Virus record (IMG/VR): IMGVR_UViG_3300023184_000030
Span: 108,850 to 172,849 of that record
Strand: one strand, 5' to 3'
Origin: a virus
Length of the DNA: 64,000 bases
Shown here: positions 28,254 through 37,903 of the stretch, piece after piece
Layout: each line of letters starts with the position of its first letter
How positions within the stretch are numbered: the stretch's first letter is position 1
Program-made: the position numbers and the translations under genes
Notes under the pieces: generated by a model
What the model was told of the DNA's origin: nothing
Seen by the model: the letters and a program-made list of their open reading frames with translations, nothing else
Databases searched by the model: none

Positions 28254-29600
28254 TTAAAATTTTGAAGAAAGGTCGTCTGCAGAATCTTTATCATGTCTAA
28301 TGTCTACAAAACGAGGTAAGAAAAGAGATCTATTCTCGTGCTTATCTGTAATAGTGACGTTATATAAAACTGCTGCGATTTTTCCAATGTGTGAATCCGG
28401 ATCTTTACTTAAAGATTGTAAATCAAGATCAGTGAATCCTGATCCAACTTTAACATTAAGTGTCTTTGAAGCATCAGTCATAATAAACCCACCGATATAG
28501 CCTTCTCTTTTACCTTCACCTGGATACCATCCAGTAATTTCAAGGTCACATTCATTAACCTCTTTGAACTTGACCCAAGATTTAGATCTTTTGCATTCAT
28601 AAGCACCGTTGTCTTTACAGATTACGCCCTCCCCGCCAATATCTACGATTTTTTTATAAATTGCAGGGACTTCACCAGGATCAGAAAGCTCCCACATCTG
28701 AGCCAGCTTAACTGGAGATTCATCAGATAATCCGCTGGTAATTTTTTCTAAAGTGTGTCTACGATCAATATACTCTAAAACACCAGCTCCTTTATCTAGT
28801 GTTACAAGTTCATCAAAATCGAAAACATTGAATAAGAATCCACTCTCTATATCAATACTTGCTGTTCCTTTTAGTATTTGTGTCACCTTACCGCTAACCG
28901 ACTTTCTATTTAAGTCCGTTAATTCACCATCAAAAAACCAATTACCAGATAAACCTGAGTTTATCATGCAAAGTTTTAGATCGAAAGTTATCTTGGGGAA
29001 GCAAGAAGCATTGAGCTCATTAAATGCCCTCGTAAAATATGTTATCTCACCGTTTTTATATACGGCAATTACACGGACACCGTCATATTTTTCCTCACAA
29101 TAAATTTTGTCCCATTTATCTATTGTTGAATGATCGTCTGTAGCTAACATTAATGAAGGGTCTGGTATTAATTCTCTAGAAACCGCCTTGTTAATTAATT
29201 TTGCACCAATCCCTATGTTCATTCTCTTGGTTAATATCTTCATAAGAGTCTTGCGGAGTTCTTCGTCTTCGCTTTCAACTTCTGATAATTTAGAAGATAA
29301 TAATGTTTCCGCTCTAGATCTTAGCGAATCGTTTGCAGCAGGTGCTTTCTTTAAATCTTCAACCAAATCATTAAACTCCTCCCATAAATTGGGATTATGC
29401 TCTTTAGACTGGGCTGGAAAATTTAACTTATGAAGCTTAGTAGTAACAAAAGGATTGAAGCATGTATCCAGGATATATTCCATCTGTGGATTTATTGACT
29501 CCTTAATTAATACCTGTTTTGCTTTTTGCGAACCATCGCCTGTTAGAGATTCTACCACCTTTAGAATCTTAATACTGTTTACCATCTCATCAAATTTCAT
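28254..29600 (-). CDS. lig: ATP-dependent DNA ligase
   Basis: EEKYDGVR adenylation motif, FDGEL, EGVICK, KRSKSWVKFK, VGSGF, LFLPRF. Confidence 0.95.
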   Translation of the reverse strand: MKFDEMVNSIKILKVVESLTGDGSQKAKQVLIKESINPQMEYILDTCFNPFVTTKLHKLNFPAQSKEHNPNLWEEFNDLVEDLKKAPAANDSLRSRAETLLSSKLSEVESEDEELRKTLMKILTKRMNIGIGAKLINKAVSRELIPDPSLMLATDDHSTIDKWDKIYCEEKYDGVRVIAVYKNGEITYFTRAFNELNASCFPKITFDLKLCMINSGLSGNWFFDGELTDLNRKSVSGKVTQILKGTASIDIESGFLFNVFDFDELVTLDKGAGVLEYIDRRHTLEKITSGLSDESPVKLAQMWELSDPGEVPAIYKKIVDIGGEGVICKDNGAYECKRSKSWVKFKEVNECDLEITGWYPGEGKREGYIGGFIMTDASKTLNVKVGSGFTDLDLQSLSKDPDSHIGKIAAVLYNVTITDKHENRSLFLPRFVDIRHDKDSADDLSSKF

Positions 29601-29617
29601 ATATTGTATATTTTTTA

Positions 29618-29639
29618 CAAATATATGAAATGATAACGG
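29618..29639 (-). promoter_or_regulatory. Bacteroidota-type promoter CCG-N11-TATATTTG
   Basis: TAnnTTTG 17 nt upstream of the ligase ATG. Confidence 0.7.
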
Positions 29640-29821
29640 TTAAAAAAAATTATTCAGCATAATTTTGGGAAAGAAATTATTGTAATGACAGTGGCTATCT
29701 AATATCTTCTATTTCACATTTTAACCATACTATATTGAGCCATATAGTATATCGAAGATGTTATGTTGATATGAGGGGTAGAGTCGCTTATAACTGACTA
29801 TAAGCTGTATTAAGAAAATAC

Positions 29822-31435
29822 TTATAAAGTTACTTCTGGTGCTTTCTCTTCGTCACCTTCAGCTGGAGCAGCTTCACCTTCAGCACCTTCGGCTTTAGGA
29901 GCTTCTTTTGCCTCTTTTTTCTTGTAATTTTCGTTAGCTGCTAATTGATCTGGAGTTAATCCGAGATATCTTTGGATAAGGTAATCATTATCAAAATATG
30001 CTTTTTCTTCCTCGCCAGCTTTAACCTTAAGCTCTCCTAGACCTTTGATGAATTCACTTCTTTTAGAAAAATTGGTTAATTGAACCATCTCTTCGAATTC
30101 GCTCTCCCTATGGAAATCTAATCCAAGATTTGTTTTAAAGCTTCTATCTCTAGATAGCTCAGGAAAATCTAAACACATCTGAATGTATAAAGGCTTTACC
30201 AATATCTCCTGAAATATTGATCTTAATCTTCTTAGAAATTTCTCGAATCTTATCTCATCTCTTTCCAATTGATCTATTCCTGTCTGATAATTAACTGGGC
30301 CAGAAGCTCTAGATGCAAACCTAGCATAAGGTATCTTCGAATCCATTTTAAGCTTATTATAGAAATAAAGAACATTATCCATAACGTTGAAATCAGGTCC
30401 GCTTGGATTAAGAGACTCGATTTGAGGTGATTGACCATTCTGTTCTGGAAATAGGTAGTTTTTATAAAACTGAACCTTAGGTCTTCCATTAACTGTTAAT
30501 TCTCCTGATGCGTCATTAATTGCGATATCTTCCTTATAGTTTGACATTAGCTGTCCTAAAGTTTGCATCGCTTTTTGTGGAGATTGGCTTCCTGTTGGTA
30601 TAATGAACTTAAGCCTATAAGAAGCATTCATAACATTCCAGATTATTCTGGAGTTTTCCATAATTCTAAGAATGTTATACGATCTAACTAATCTCTCAAT
30701 ATAGCTAACTCTAGATACGCTGTTTCCTTTAGCATATGAGATATAGACAATCTGCTCATTGGTGAGCTTTCTGGTCATTTGAGGATTCTTTGGGTATTGG
30801 ATCCAAAATTGCTGATATTCGTTTTCACCTATTTTTTCAACCGCTGGCTGAAGTGAAGAAGCATCTAATTCTTTGAATCCTATTATCTCCTTACCCTTAT
30901 TGTCATAGATAATCTCAAAAGCAAGAAATCCATCTATTAGGAACTGTTTAAAATATTGCCATCCTAGTATAGAATTCTGAAATCCAAAAACATTATAAAT
31001 CCTGTTATAATGATCGGCTATCTTATCCTTTACCTTTTCCTTAATATCTAGATTAATGAAAGAAGGATTAGCAAAATAATTTCTATCGTCGTATGTGATA
31101 GATTCGTCTGTAATAGTATCAAGTATAAATTCAATTTCTCCATTTAGTGAAAATTTTCTTAAGAAGTTTCTTTTTTCTATATAATCCTTATCAAAATAAG
31201 CAATATATTTTCTTACCTTAGTATCCTGATAGGAAGCTGTCCAATAGAAAGCATCATCCTGAGTAAACCCAGTTCCTTGCTGAGAGAAAGCTCCTTCAGT
31301 TTTACCTATAGCCTGAGAGTTTCTAACGACCATATCGTCATACTGCATACCAAACTTGGAAACCTTCCCGAGGTTCCTTATTATGTTGCCTAGAGCTGAC
31401 TCGTTAGGTCTTAAAAAATCTAAAAATCCTGCCAT
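29822..31435 (-). CDS. gp20: Portal protein, paralogue B (T4 gp20-like)
   Basis: FLIDG.LAFEI, SYIERLVRSYNILRIMENSRIIW, YFYNKL..SKIPYARF, RDEIRFEKFL.RLRS.F. Confidence 0.9.
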   Translation of the reverse strand: MAGFLDFLRPNESALGNIIRNLGKVSKFGMQYDDMVVRNSQAIGKTEGAFSQQGTGFTQDDAFYWTASYQDTKVRKYIAYFDKDYIEKRNFLRKFSLNGEIEFILDTITDESITYDDRNYFANPSFINLDIKEKVKDKIADHYNRIYNVFGFQNSILGWQYFKQFLIDGFLAFEIIYDNKGKEIIGFKELDASSLQPAVEKIGENEYQQFWIQYPKNPQMTRKLTNEQIVYISYAKGNSVSRVSYIERLVRSYNILRIMENSRIIWNVMNASYRLKFIIPTGSQSPQKAMQTLGQLMSNYKEDIAINDASGELTVNGRPKVQFYKNYLFPEQNGQSPQIESLNPSGPDFNVMDNVLYFYNKLKMDSKIPYARFASRASGPVNYQTGIDQLERDEIRFEKFLRRLRSIFQEILVKPLYIQMCLDFPELSRDRSFKTNLGLDFHRESEFEEMVQLTNFSKRSEFIKGLGELKVKAGEEEKAYFDNDYLIQRYLGLTPDQLAANENYKKKEAKEAPKAEGAEGEAAPAEGDEEKAPEVTL

Positions 31436-31444
31436 TTCTTATTT

Positions 31445-33055
31445 TTATAATGTTACCTCTGGTGCTTTTTCTTCCCCTTCTTCACCCTTCTCTCCGCCTT
31501 CTTTCTTCTCCGCCTTCTTCTTTTCCTTCTCTTTTCTCTCCATGGCTTCCTTGTTTGCAATGATATCTTGTCTAGACATACCAAGGAATGTTTCAATAAG
31601 AAATGCAGTAGAGAAATAGGGTTTTTCTTCGTCTCCAACTAATCCTGCCATAGCAGTAACAGATTCTTTTCTTTTGTTTATCACGTCCATTTCTTGATTG
31701 ATCTTAAATGGATTATCAGAAAAATAATCAAGTCCTAATTGACTTTTAAACATGAAGTCTTTTTCCAAATGAGTATATTTCTTAGCCATCTGAATCCAGA
31801 GTGGCTTAGTTAATATCTCTTGAAATACAGATCTTAATCTTTCGATAAATTTGGCAAATCTTACTTCCTCCTTGTCCAATCCTTCTGCACCGTTAGAATA
31901 AGGGGAGGTATTACCGCCATCAGGGGTATGAAATCTAGAAGGCGGAACTTTTGATTCCTGAACAAACTTATCAAAGAAATATGATAAAGGTGCTGGATCA
32001 TTCAAGTTAGGTCCTTCAGTATTAACAGGCTCGATAGTAGGTGTACCATTAACACCAGAAGGCATCAGATAGTTCTTATAGAACTGTATTTTAGGTTTAC
32101 CGTCTACTAGTAATTCTCCGCTATCGTCATTTAGCTGAATATCTTCCTTATAGATACTCATAAGTTCGCCTAGTGTCTGCATCCCCTTTTGTGGTGATTT
32201 AGTACCAATAGGAACTGTCATCTTTAATCTGAACGAAGAATTCATTACTGACCATATAATTCTGGTATATTCTATAATCCTCAGAATATTATAAGGTCTA
32301 ATCAATCTCTCAATATAACTTACTCTAGAGATCGAGTTTCCTTTAGCATATGATATGTAAATTATCTGGGGATCGTAAAGTACTCTTCTTCTTTTTGGAT
32401 CCTGAGGGAATTGTGTCCATGTATTGATAAACGTACCATCTATTTGTTTCTCAACCGATGGCACAATAGTAACCGGATCTAATTCTTTGAATCCTACGAT
32501 ATACTTACCGTCATTATCATAGATTATCTCAAAGCATAAAAATCCATCAACTAAAAACTGTCTGAAATATTGCCAGCCAGTTATATCGTCACTGAATCCC
32601 CATATATCATAAAGCTTTTTGTAATTCTCATATAACTCATCTTTAAGCTTCTCGTTGATGTTTGTTATATCAATAAAGTCTGGATATGCAAAAAAGTTAG
32701 CAGGATCATAAGATATAGCTTCATCACATATCGTATCAAGTACCCATTCTATTTCTGGATTAAGCGAAAACTTTCTCAAATAATCTCTTTTTCCCTTATA
32801 GTCCTTGTCAAAGTAAGAAATGAATTGTCTTGTAGTGATATCCTGCTTTGCTAACGTCCAAAGCATGCTTTCGTCTTCTACATTAGCCTTATTCTTATTT
32901 AAGAACGCAGCTTCTGTTACACCAACTGCTTGTGAATTTCTGATGACCATGTCATCATACTTCATACCAAAAGTACTCAGCTTTCTCACCGATTCTCTAA
33001 TCCTCTGTATAACAGGGGATTGGGATGGATCATTATTATCTACAAAACCGGCCAT
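31445..33055 (-). CDS. gp20: Portal protein, paralogue A (T4 gp20-like)
   Basis: Same motifs as 29822..31435 over the full length; GATATATA at 33114-33121. Confidence 0.9.
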   Translation of the reverse strand: MAGFVDNNDPSQSPVIQRIRESVRKLSTFGMKYDDMVIRNSQAVGVTEAAFLNKNKANVEDESMLWTLAKQDITTRQFISYFDKDYKGKRDYLRKFSLNPEIEWVLDTICDEAISYDPANFFAYPDFIDITNINEKLKDELYENYKKLYDIWGFSDDITGWQYFRQFLVDGFLCFEIIYDNDGKYIVGFKELDPVTIVPSVEKQIDGTFINTWTQFPQDPKRRRVLYDPQIIYISYAKGNSISRVSYIERLIRPYNILRIIEYTRIIWSVMNSSFRLKMTVPIGTKSPQKGMQTLGELMSIYKEDIQLNDDSGELLVDGKPKIQFYKNYLMPSGVNGTPTIEPVNTEGPNLNDPAPLSYFFDKFVQESKVPPSRFHTPDGGNTSPYSNGAEGLDKEEVRFAKFIERLRSVFQEILTKPLWIQMAKKYTHLEKDFMFKSQLGLDYFSDNPFKINQEMDVINKRKESVTAMAGLVGDEEKPYFSTAFLIETFLGMSRQDIIANKEAMERKEKEKKKAEKKEGGEKGEEGEEKAPEVTL

Positions 33056-33087
33056 TTAGTATATTTTAGTTATTCTAGTTACGAAAC

Positions 33088-33693
33088 TCAAATTAATTTC
33101 GATTGATATTCCTTATATATCCCTGCTATATCTAAGCCCTCTACTTGGGATTTTCTAAGATATGGTAATTTATACCAATCACCAAGATCTAAAATGCTGA
33201 TCTCTCTTATGAATGATGTCTTAAATCCAAAAACTGCAGACTCATAACCTGTACCTAAAAGAATTTTTTTAAGATTCCGATTTGTTAAAGGCAAGGGAGT
33301 TATTGCTCCCCCTTTTGTGTAATGATTCTGATTCTTCTCTATGAGACTACCAAAGCTATCGTATATTTTACCTAATATTTTCAGCCTATATTCGGGAGGG
33401 GTTACTATTAGGTCTATACCAGAGAGTATAACACCATTCTCCTTTGTCTGGTAGGAATCAGTACATAGTACTATTGGGTTTCTGTCTATAAACTTTCTTT
33501 TCTCAGTGATCTCACTGTCTGTGGGATAAGGGAAAGAGTATATCTCGCCTGGTATAAACGGAGGAGAGAACTTTTTTTCTGATTTTCCCCCTTGGAAATA
33601 CTTTTTTGAAAATATATCATCAGTATTCTTTACAAGATCTGCAATACTGGGGAATTCTTTTTTATATTCTAATACTAATTCTGAATATGTCAT
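33088..33693 (-). CDS. DNA end-protector protein (T4 gp2-like)
   Basis: PGEIYSF.Y...FIDRNPIVL...GIDL..PP.YR resembles gp2; adjacent to the gp4-like gene. Confidence 0.6.
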   Translation of the reverse strand: MTYSELVLEYKKEFPSIADLVKNTDDIFSKKYFQGGKSEKKFSPPFIPGEIYSFPYPTDSEITEKRKFIDRNPIVLCTDSYQTKENGVILSGIDLIVTPPEYRLKILGKIYDSFGSLIEKNQNHYTKGGAITPLPLTNRNLKKILLGTGYESAVFGFKTSFIREISILDLGDWYKLPYLRKSQVEGLDIAGIYKEYQSKLI

Positions 33694-34175
33694 CTACTTT
33701 TAAATAGGAATTTTTCATCGACCACGCCGAATCTAAACCCTCTTTTTTCTGCCCATTCCTTTGCTGCTTTGAATTTTGCCTGATTGGTTATCCATACCTG
33801 CATACTATGATTATATGACTTTAACTTAGCAAGTGTCATAGCTCCTTCGTAGATAGGCTTTTGAGTTTGTCTTTCTGGTTTTATTTCGATAATCCACTCT
33901 TGCTCTTCCTCTGATTCTTTAAGTACCTTTATATAGAAATCTACATTATAATCATGCTCTTTCTTATCGAGCGGATTAAAATACTTAATTGCTATAGGCT
34001 CCGAACTCCATTTTAATATAGAATCATTGGTATCACAATAAACGCAAAATCGATATTCCCATGAAGATCTGTATATTATATTATGAATGTCGCCAATATA
34101 CTTTTCCGGCTTAGAGGGTTCAAATTTTCCGGATTTATAATCACCATTAGGCTTTACCTTCTTTATATCGGTCAT
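33690..34175 (-). CDS. gp4: Head completion nuclease (T4 gp4-like, TnsA-like fold)
   Basis: G.F.P..PEKYIGD...IYRSSWE, WSSE, VDF, IEIKP, NQAKF.AA..WA. Confidence 0.9.
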   Translation of the reverse strand: MTDIKKVKPNGDYKSGKFEPSKPEKYIGDIHNIIYRSSWEYRFCVYCDTNDSILKWSSEPIAIKYFNPLDKKEHDYNVDFYIKVLKESEEEQEWIIEIKPERQTQKPIYEGAMTLAKLKSYNHSMQVWITNQAKFKAAKEWAEKRGFRFGVVDEKFLFKSR

Positions 34176-34186
34176 GGAGATTCTAA

Positions 34187-34546
34187 TTAAACGTTATAAG
34201 AGTTATCGTCACCAGTTATATAACTAAATGGTATCATCTTAGGACTTTTTGGTGGATGTAGTTTCTTCCACCCCTTTGCAAATCCGTTCTTAGCTATTTG
34301 TGTAAAATAAGCAAATGGATTATTAGACTTTTCTGGGTTGAATCTGTCCCAATATTTACAAAGATCTTCCATAGCAAATGCCATGCAGTCTTCTTTGTCT
34401 TCGGGATCTTTATAAGCCATTTTTTTAGATATACCCTGTATCATCAGGTTAAACATCCTTATGGTCTCAGGGGTTAGCTTACCCAATTTTTTCGATTCTA
34501 TAACAGCGACAATAAGTTCACTATTTCTAACATATTCTTTTGCCAT
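34187..34546 (-). CDS. gp55: Late-transcription sigma factor (T4 gp55-like, minimal)
   Basis: YVRNSEL...FNPEKSNNPFAYFTQIAKNGF. Confidence 0.85.
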   Translation of the reverse strand: MAKEYVRNSELIVAVIESKKLGKLTPETIRMFNLMIQGISKKMAYKDPEDKEDCMAFAMEDLCKYWDRFNPEKSNNPFAYFTQIAKNGFAKGWKKLHPPKSPKMIPFSYITGDDNSYNV

Positions 34547-34579
34547 TAGTTCTTTTATTTTTTAAGGTTGGTGTTACTC

Positions 34580-34608
34580 TTTCTAGTAGAAAAAGTGTAA
34601 ATTATTTC
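34580..34608 (-). promoter_or_regulatory. Putative middle promoter GAAAT-N18-TAGAAA for the gp55-like gene
   Basis: Variant of the recurrent motif with the same spacing. Confidence 0.5.
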
Positions 34609-34645
34609 AAAAAAAAGAGAACGTAGGCTATTGTCTACGTTCTCT
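34609..34645 (-). terminator. Rho-independent terminator
   Basis: AGAGAACGTAG/CTACGTTCTCT stem followed by T8 on the minus strand. Confidence 0.88.
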
Positions 34646-34657
34646 CTTGATTTAATG

Positions 34658-34813
34658 TTATTTAGAATCTTCTTTAGTTTCTTCCTCTTCTTGTTCTTCT
34701 TGCTCTTTACCAGTTGGTGCTTTACTTAATTTTCCTACCGAAGAATCTACAAACTCTTTTCCTGGTGAATTTTGATTGTCTGCCTTAGGAGCGAAATAGA
34801 AGTTACGACTTAG
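34658..34813 (-). CDS. -1 frame extension (51 aa) of the 839-aa protein, with no start codon of its own
   Basis: Open -1 frame LSRNFYFAPKADNQNSPGKEFVDSSVGKLSKAPTGKEQEEQEEEETKEDSK* after T TTA AAA AAA AAC TAA, ending just before the terminator. Confidence 0.65.
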   Translation of the reverse strand, partial: LSRNFYFAPKADNQNSPGKEFVDSSVGKLSKAPTGKEQEEQEEEETKEDSK

Positions 34814-37329
34814 TTTTTTTTTAAATCGTCTGCTTCGTCTAGGTTGTATCCCATTTCGTCATTTACTTCGAAATCAATATCACCTTCTGCTCCAGGAGCT
34901 TCAGCTAGATTCATAAATTTATCCAATGAAGTTACATGCTTTGTTTCTTTAGCATTTTTACCTTTTTCCGGTGCATCAGCTAAATTAGCATCTACACCTT
35001 CTCTGATATTATATCCTATTTCTTTGTTCTTTCCGTCTGCGTCTTCGCCTTCAAAGTCAGTTTTATCTTTAGTCTCTGGTGCTTTATCATCTAAAAGATC
35101 TTCACCTTCAACTTTAGCTTTTTCTTTCTTGTTGTTACCTGGTGCCTTAGCCATTGCATCTGCTTTAGCTTTAGCCTCATTTACAGTTATATTGTAACCG
35201 TGCATGTGATCTAATTCCATTTCGATCTCTCCACCTTCACCTTTAGGTGCTTTGGTAAATCCGTGTCCGTCTGCAAATGTTTTCAATAAAGCTTTTTGCT
35301 CTTCTTCGCTTAGTGCAGATTTATTTAGGTTTCTTGAAATCTCATCAGATTCTTTAACGTCACCGCCTTCTTCTTCGCCTTTAGCATCGTTATCAGAATT
35401 TTTTTCTGCCGCTTGACTTAGTGCTTCTTCTAGATCAGAGATTTCATTAACTAAGAAATCTGATGTTTTACCTGTGTCTAAAAGAATAGTGAATCTACCT
35501 GAAGATCCATCTACAGATATGATCTTTCCAGTTTCACCTGATTCTTTAACTTTAATATAATCACCAATGTTAAATTTCTCATCCTCAGATAGTGTTTCTA
35601 CATCGGGAGTGCTTTCAACTTTACCTAGTTCTATATTGATCTGATTCCATTTTTCTCTCAATACTGAAAGTTCATTATTAAGTAGGGAATGTGCAGATTT
35701 CATTTCTTTTGAAGCAGCATATAATGGATTGTTTTCCATTAAGCTCTCAACTTTATTGATTTGTTCTTCTACTCTAGAAATATTTTCTAATACTTTAGTT
35801 CTGTCATTAATCATGATAGACTTAAGTTTTTGCTCTCCGTCCAAAAATTCGGTTAATCCTTCAGAAATATCATATCTTAAGTAGTCCTTAACCATTTTAA
35901 CAGCTTGAGATCCATTTACTTTATAAATTGAATTCTCTCTCATTCCCTCATTAATCCTTTGAAGGTAGATTTCATTGTTCCATTTGATAAGGTTGATAGA
36001 TACACCTTCGTAAATATTAGAAGTTATATTCTTAGCAAAATCTAATTCAACGACATTAGAGAAGTTTACATAAAGATTAAGGATATCATTAACTACTTGA
36101 GATTCGTTAACAGCAAAATGAGATGCTGATTCTAATCCTAATACCTTACCTAATTCACCAACGCTTCTGAAGTTTAATTTTGATTTACCAAGATAAACAG
36201 ATACGCTTTCATTTTCTTCTACTAAACTAACGTATTTCTTACCTAATTGAATTAGAATACCATTTTCGTTAATTCTAACATAAGATCTAACTGATGCGTT
36301 TACCAATCCGATATAATCAGATGGAACTGAGCCAATTTCTTTAGTACTTAATTTCCTGAAAGATTCACCCTGTGCTTCAAATAGGCTGTTACCTATTGCA
36401 AAGATAGTCTTATCACCTTCGATTAATATTGGTGAGTAAATTCTACCTACTTTTGATTCTCCCTGAGCATTAACAGGAATTTCTAATTTTCTAGAATCAG
36501 CTGCTTCGTTAACATTAAGATAATTGATTAAATTTCTAACAACTGGATTGAAAGACCATTTAGTAATTTCTTTAGATAATAGACCAGAAGATTTACCTTC
36601 AGAAATTAACCAGTTGTTTAATGACTCGCTAAGCTCAGAATAGAAGCTATAGTTTCCACTTTGCTTGATAGATTCTAAAACTTTAGATACTTCGATTTCT
36701 CTAGAGAATTTAGTAGATTTCTCTTTTAATCCCTCGATCAAAGGTAAAACAGTAACGTCCCATTTGAATGATTCTAATTCAGCAATAAAGTTATTAATTA
36801 CTGCGAATTCAGGTACGTCTTTATTTGCGATGATATTTGCATATTGCTCGCAAACAATTTTAACCTTAGGGTATTCGTATATGGAAAGGCTTCTTAACTT
36901 GTTGATCGATTCTAAAACTCCTAGATTTTTTAATCCCTGAGCATCAACAAAAGATTTAGCACTATCGTCATGCGAAGCTAAATTGTTTAGGCTTTCCAAT
37001 AATGAATTGCTAGTATCTTCTTTCTTTTCTTCCTTATCTAAATAGGAACCAGAATTATTTAAAGATGCGTTAGCTTTTAGTCCTTTCCAGGATTCCATTA
37101 AAGATGATGCTGCTTTTTTAGAAGCCTCCATCTGTTCGCTCTTTATTGATTCCCAATGATTTTTTAATTCTGGGGTTGCTTCTACATTTGAAGCTTGCTC
37201 GTTAAGAGCGGCAAGAACTTGGCTTTCGCTCATTTCCGATGATCCGTTAAGATAGCTTTCGCATATCTGTCTAACATCTGGAGATTTTGTTAGTTCTTTC
37301 AATTTTTTAACTTGGTTTATAAAATCCAT
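34810..37329 (-). CDS. Large acidic putative prohead core/scaffold protein with a KOW-like motif
   Basis: 839 aa; many [LIV]xE sites; FNIGDYIKVKESGETGKIISVD; acidic AP-repeat tail; GATATATA at 37354-37361; strong codon bias. Confidence 0.6.
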   Translation of the reverse strand: MDFINQVKKLKELTKSPDVRQICESYLNGSSEMSESQVLAALNEQASNVEATPELKNHWESIKSEQMEASKKAASSLMESWKGLKANASLNNSGSYLDKEEKKEDTSNSLLESLNNLASHDDSAKSFVDAQGLKNLGVLESINKLRSLSIYEYPKVKIVCEQYANIIANKDVPEFAVINNFIAELESFKWDVTVLPLIEGLKEKSTKFSREIEVSKVLESIKQSGNYSFYSELSESLNNWLISEGKSSGLLSKEITKWSFNPVVRNLINYLNVNEAADSRKLEIPVNAQGESKVGRIYSPILIEGDKTIFAIGNSLFEAQGESFRKLSTKEIGSVPSDYIGLVNASVRSYVRINENGILIQLGKKYVSLVEENESVSVYLGKSKLNFRSVGELGKVLGLESASHFAVNESQVVNDILNLYVNFSNVVELDFAKNITSNIYEGVSINLIKWNNEIYLQRINEGMRENSIYKVNGSQAVKMVKDYLRYDISEGLTEFLDGEQKLKSIMINDRTKVLENISRVEEQINKVESLMENNPLYAASKEMKSAHSLLNNELSVLREKWNQINIELGKVESTPDVETLSEDEKFNIGDYIKVKESGETGKIISVDGSSGRFTILLDTGKTSDFLVNEISDLEEALSQAAEKNSDNDAKGEEEGGDVKESDEISRNLNKSALSEEEQKALLKTFADGHGFTKAPKGEGGEIEMELDHMHGYNITVNEAKAKADAMAKAPGNNKKEKAKVEGEDLLDDKAPETKDKTDFEGEDADGKNKEIGYNIREGVDANLADAPEKGKNAKETKHVTSLDKFMNLAEAPGAEGDIDFEVNDEMGYNLDEADDLKKN

Positions 37330-37413
37330 GGTCTTTTGTTTTTTTAATCTTTTTATATATCCATGTTATGGATAGAAACTTTTTACTATATATTTAAACT
37401 ATGTAGCATTTTA

Positions 37414-37899
37414 TCACTTACAGACTAAGATTTCTAATTTAATATCTATGTCAGCATGTGTATTACAGAAAACTATGCCTCCCAGATCCGAATATACCCC
37501 AGGCTTAGATAAAAGCCATCCTTCGTAAATTGAATCAGTAGCTGATATTCTTTTTCCAGAAAGCACCATTAATTCACCCATATAGTAGGTGTTTCCTAAA
37601 TAAGTCCATTCTAGGTATTTTCTTGATTCTACTGTAGTTGAAGGAAATACAGCTTTTACCCCTATGAATGAAACATATCCGAGATCATCACCAATATCGG
37701 TTTGTTCCAGTAAAAAGCACTTTCCTGCTTTTAAAGTAACCCTACTTTTACTAAAAGATACTGTTTCTTCTAAAAGATCCTTCATATCCAAGTAAATGGG
37801 TAGCTTCATGCTATTACCCTCATCTAACACAAGGCTTCCTCGATAAAATCTGAATCCCGTTCCTTCATCATACGGGCATGTTATTGGTTTAGTTGCCAT
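37414..37899 (-). CDS. Putative structural protein (paralogue of 37904..38578)
   Basis: Shares RF..SLV, W.Y.GNT..MG..MVL.G, GW.L, GG..F.N with its neighbour. Confidence 0.7.
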   Translation of the reverse strand: MATKPITCPYDEGTGFRFYRGSLVLDEGNSMKLPIYLDMKDLLEETVSFSKSRVTLKAGKCFLLEQTDIGDDLGYVSFIGVKAVFPSTTVESRKYLEWTYLGNTYYMGELMVLSGKRISATDSIYEGWLLSKPGVYSDLGGIVFCNTHADIDIKLEILVCK

Positions 37900-37903
37900 T
37901 TTA

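Noticed and set aside
33690-34175. TnsA-like nuclease as a Tn7 element
   Set aside because: Motifs and position between gp55-like, gp2-like and portal genes match the gp4 head-completion protein; no other transposon genes
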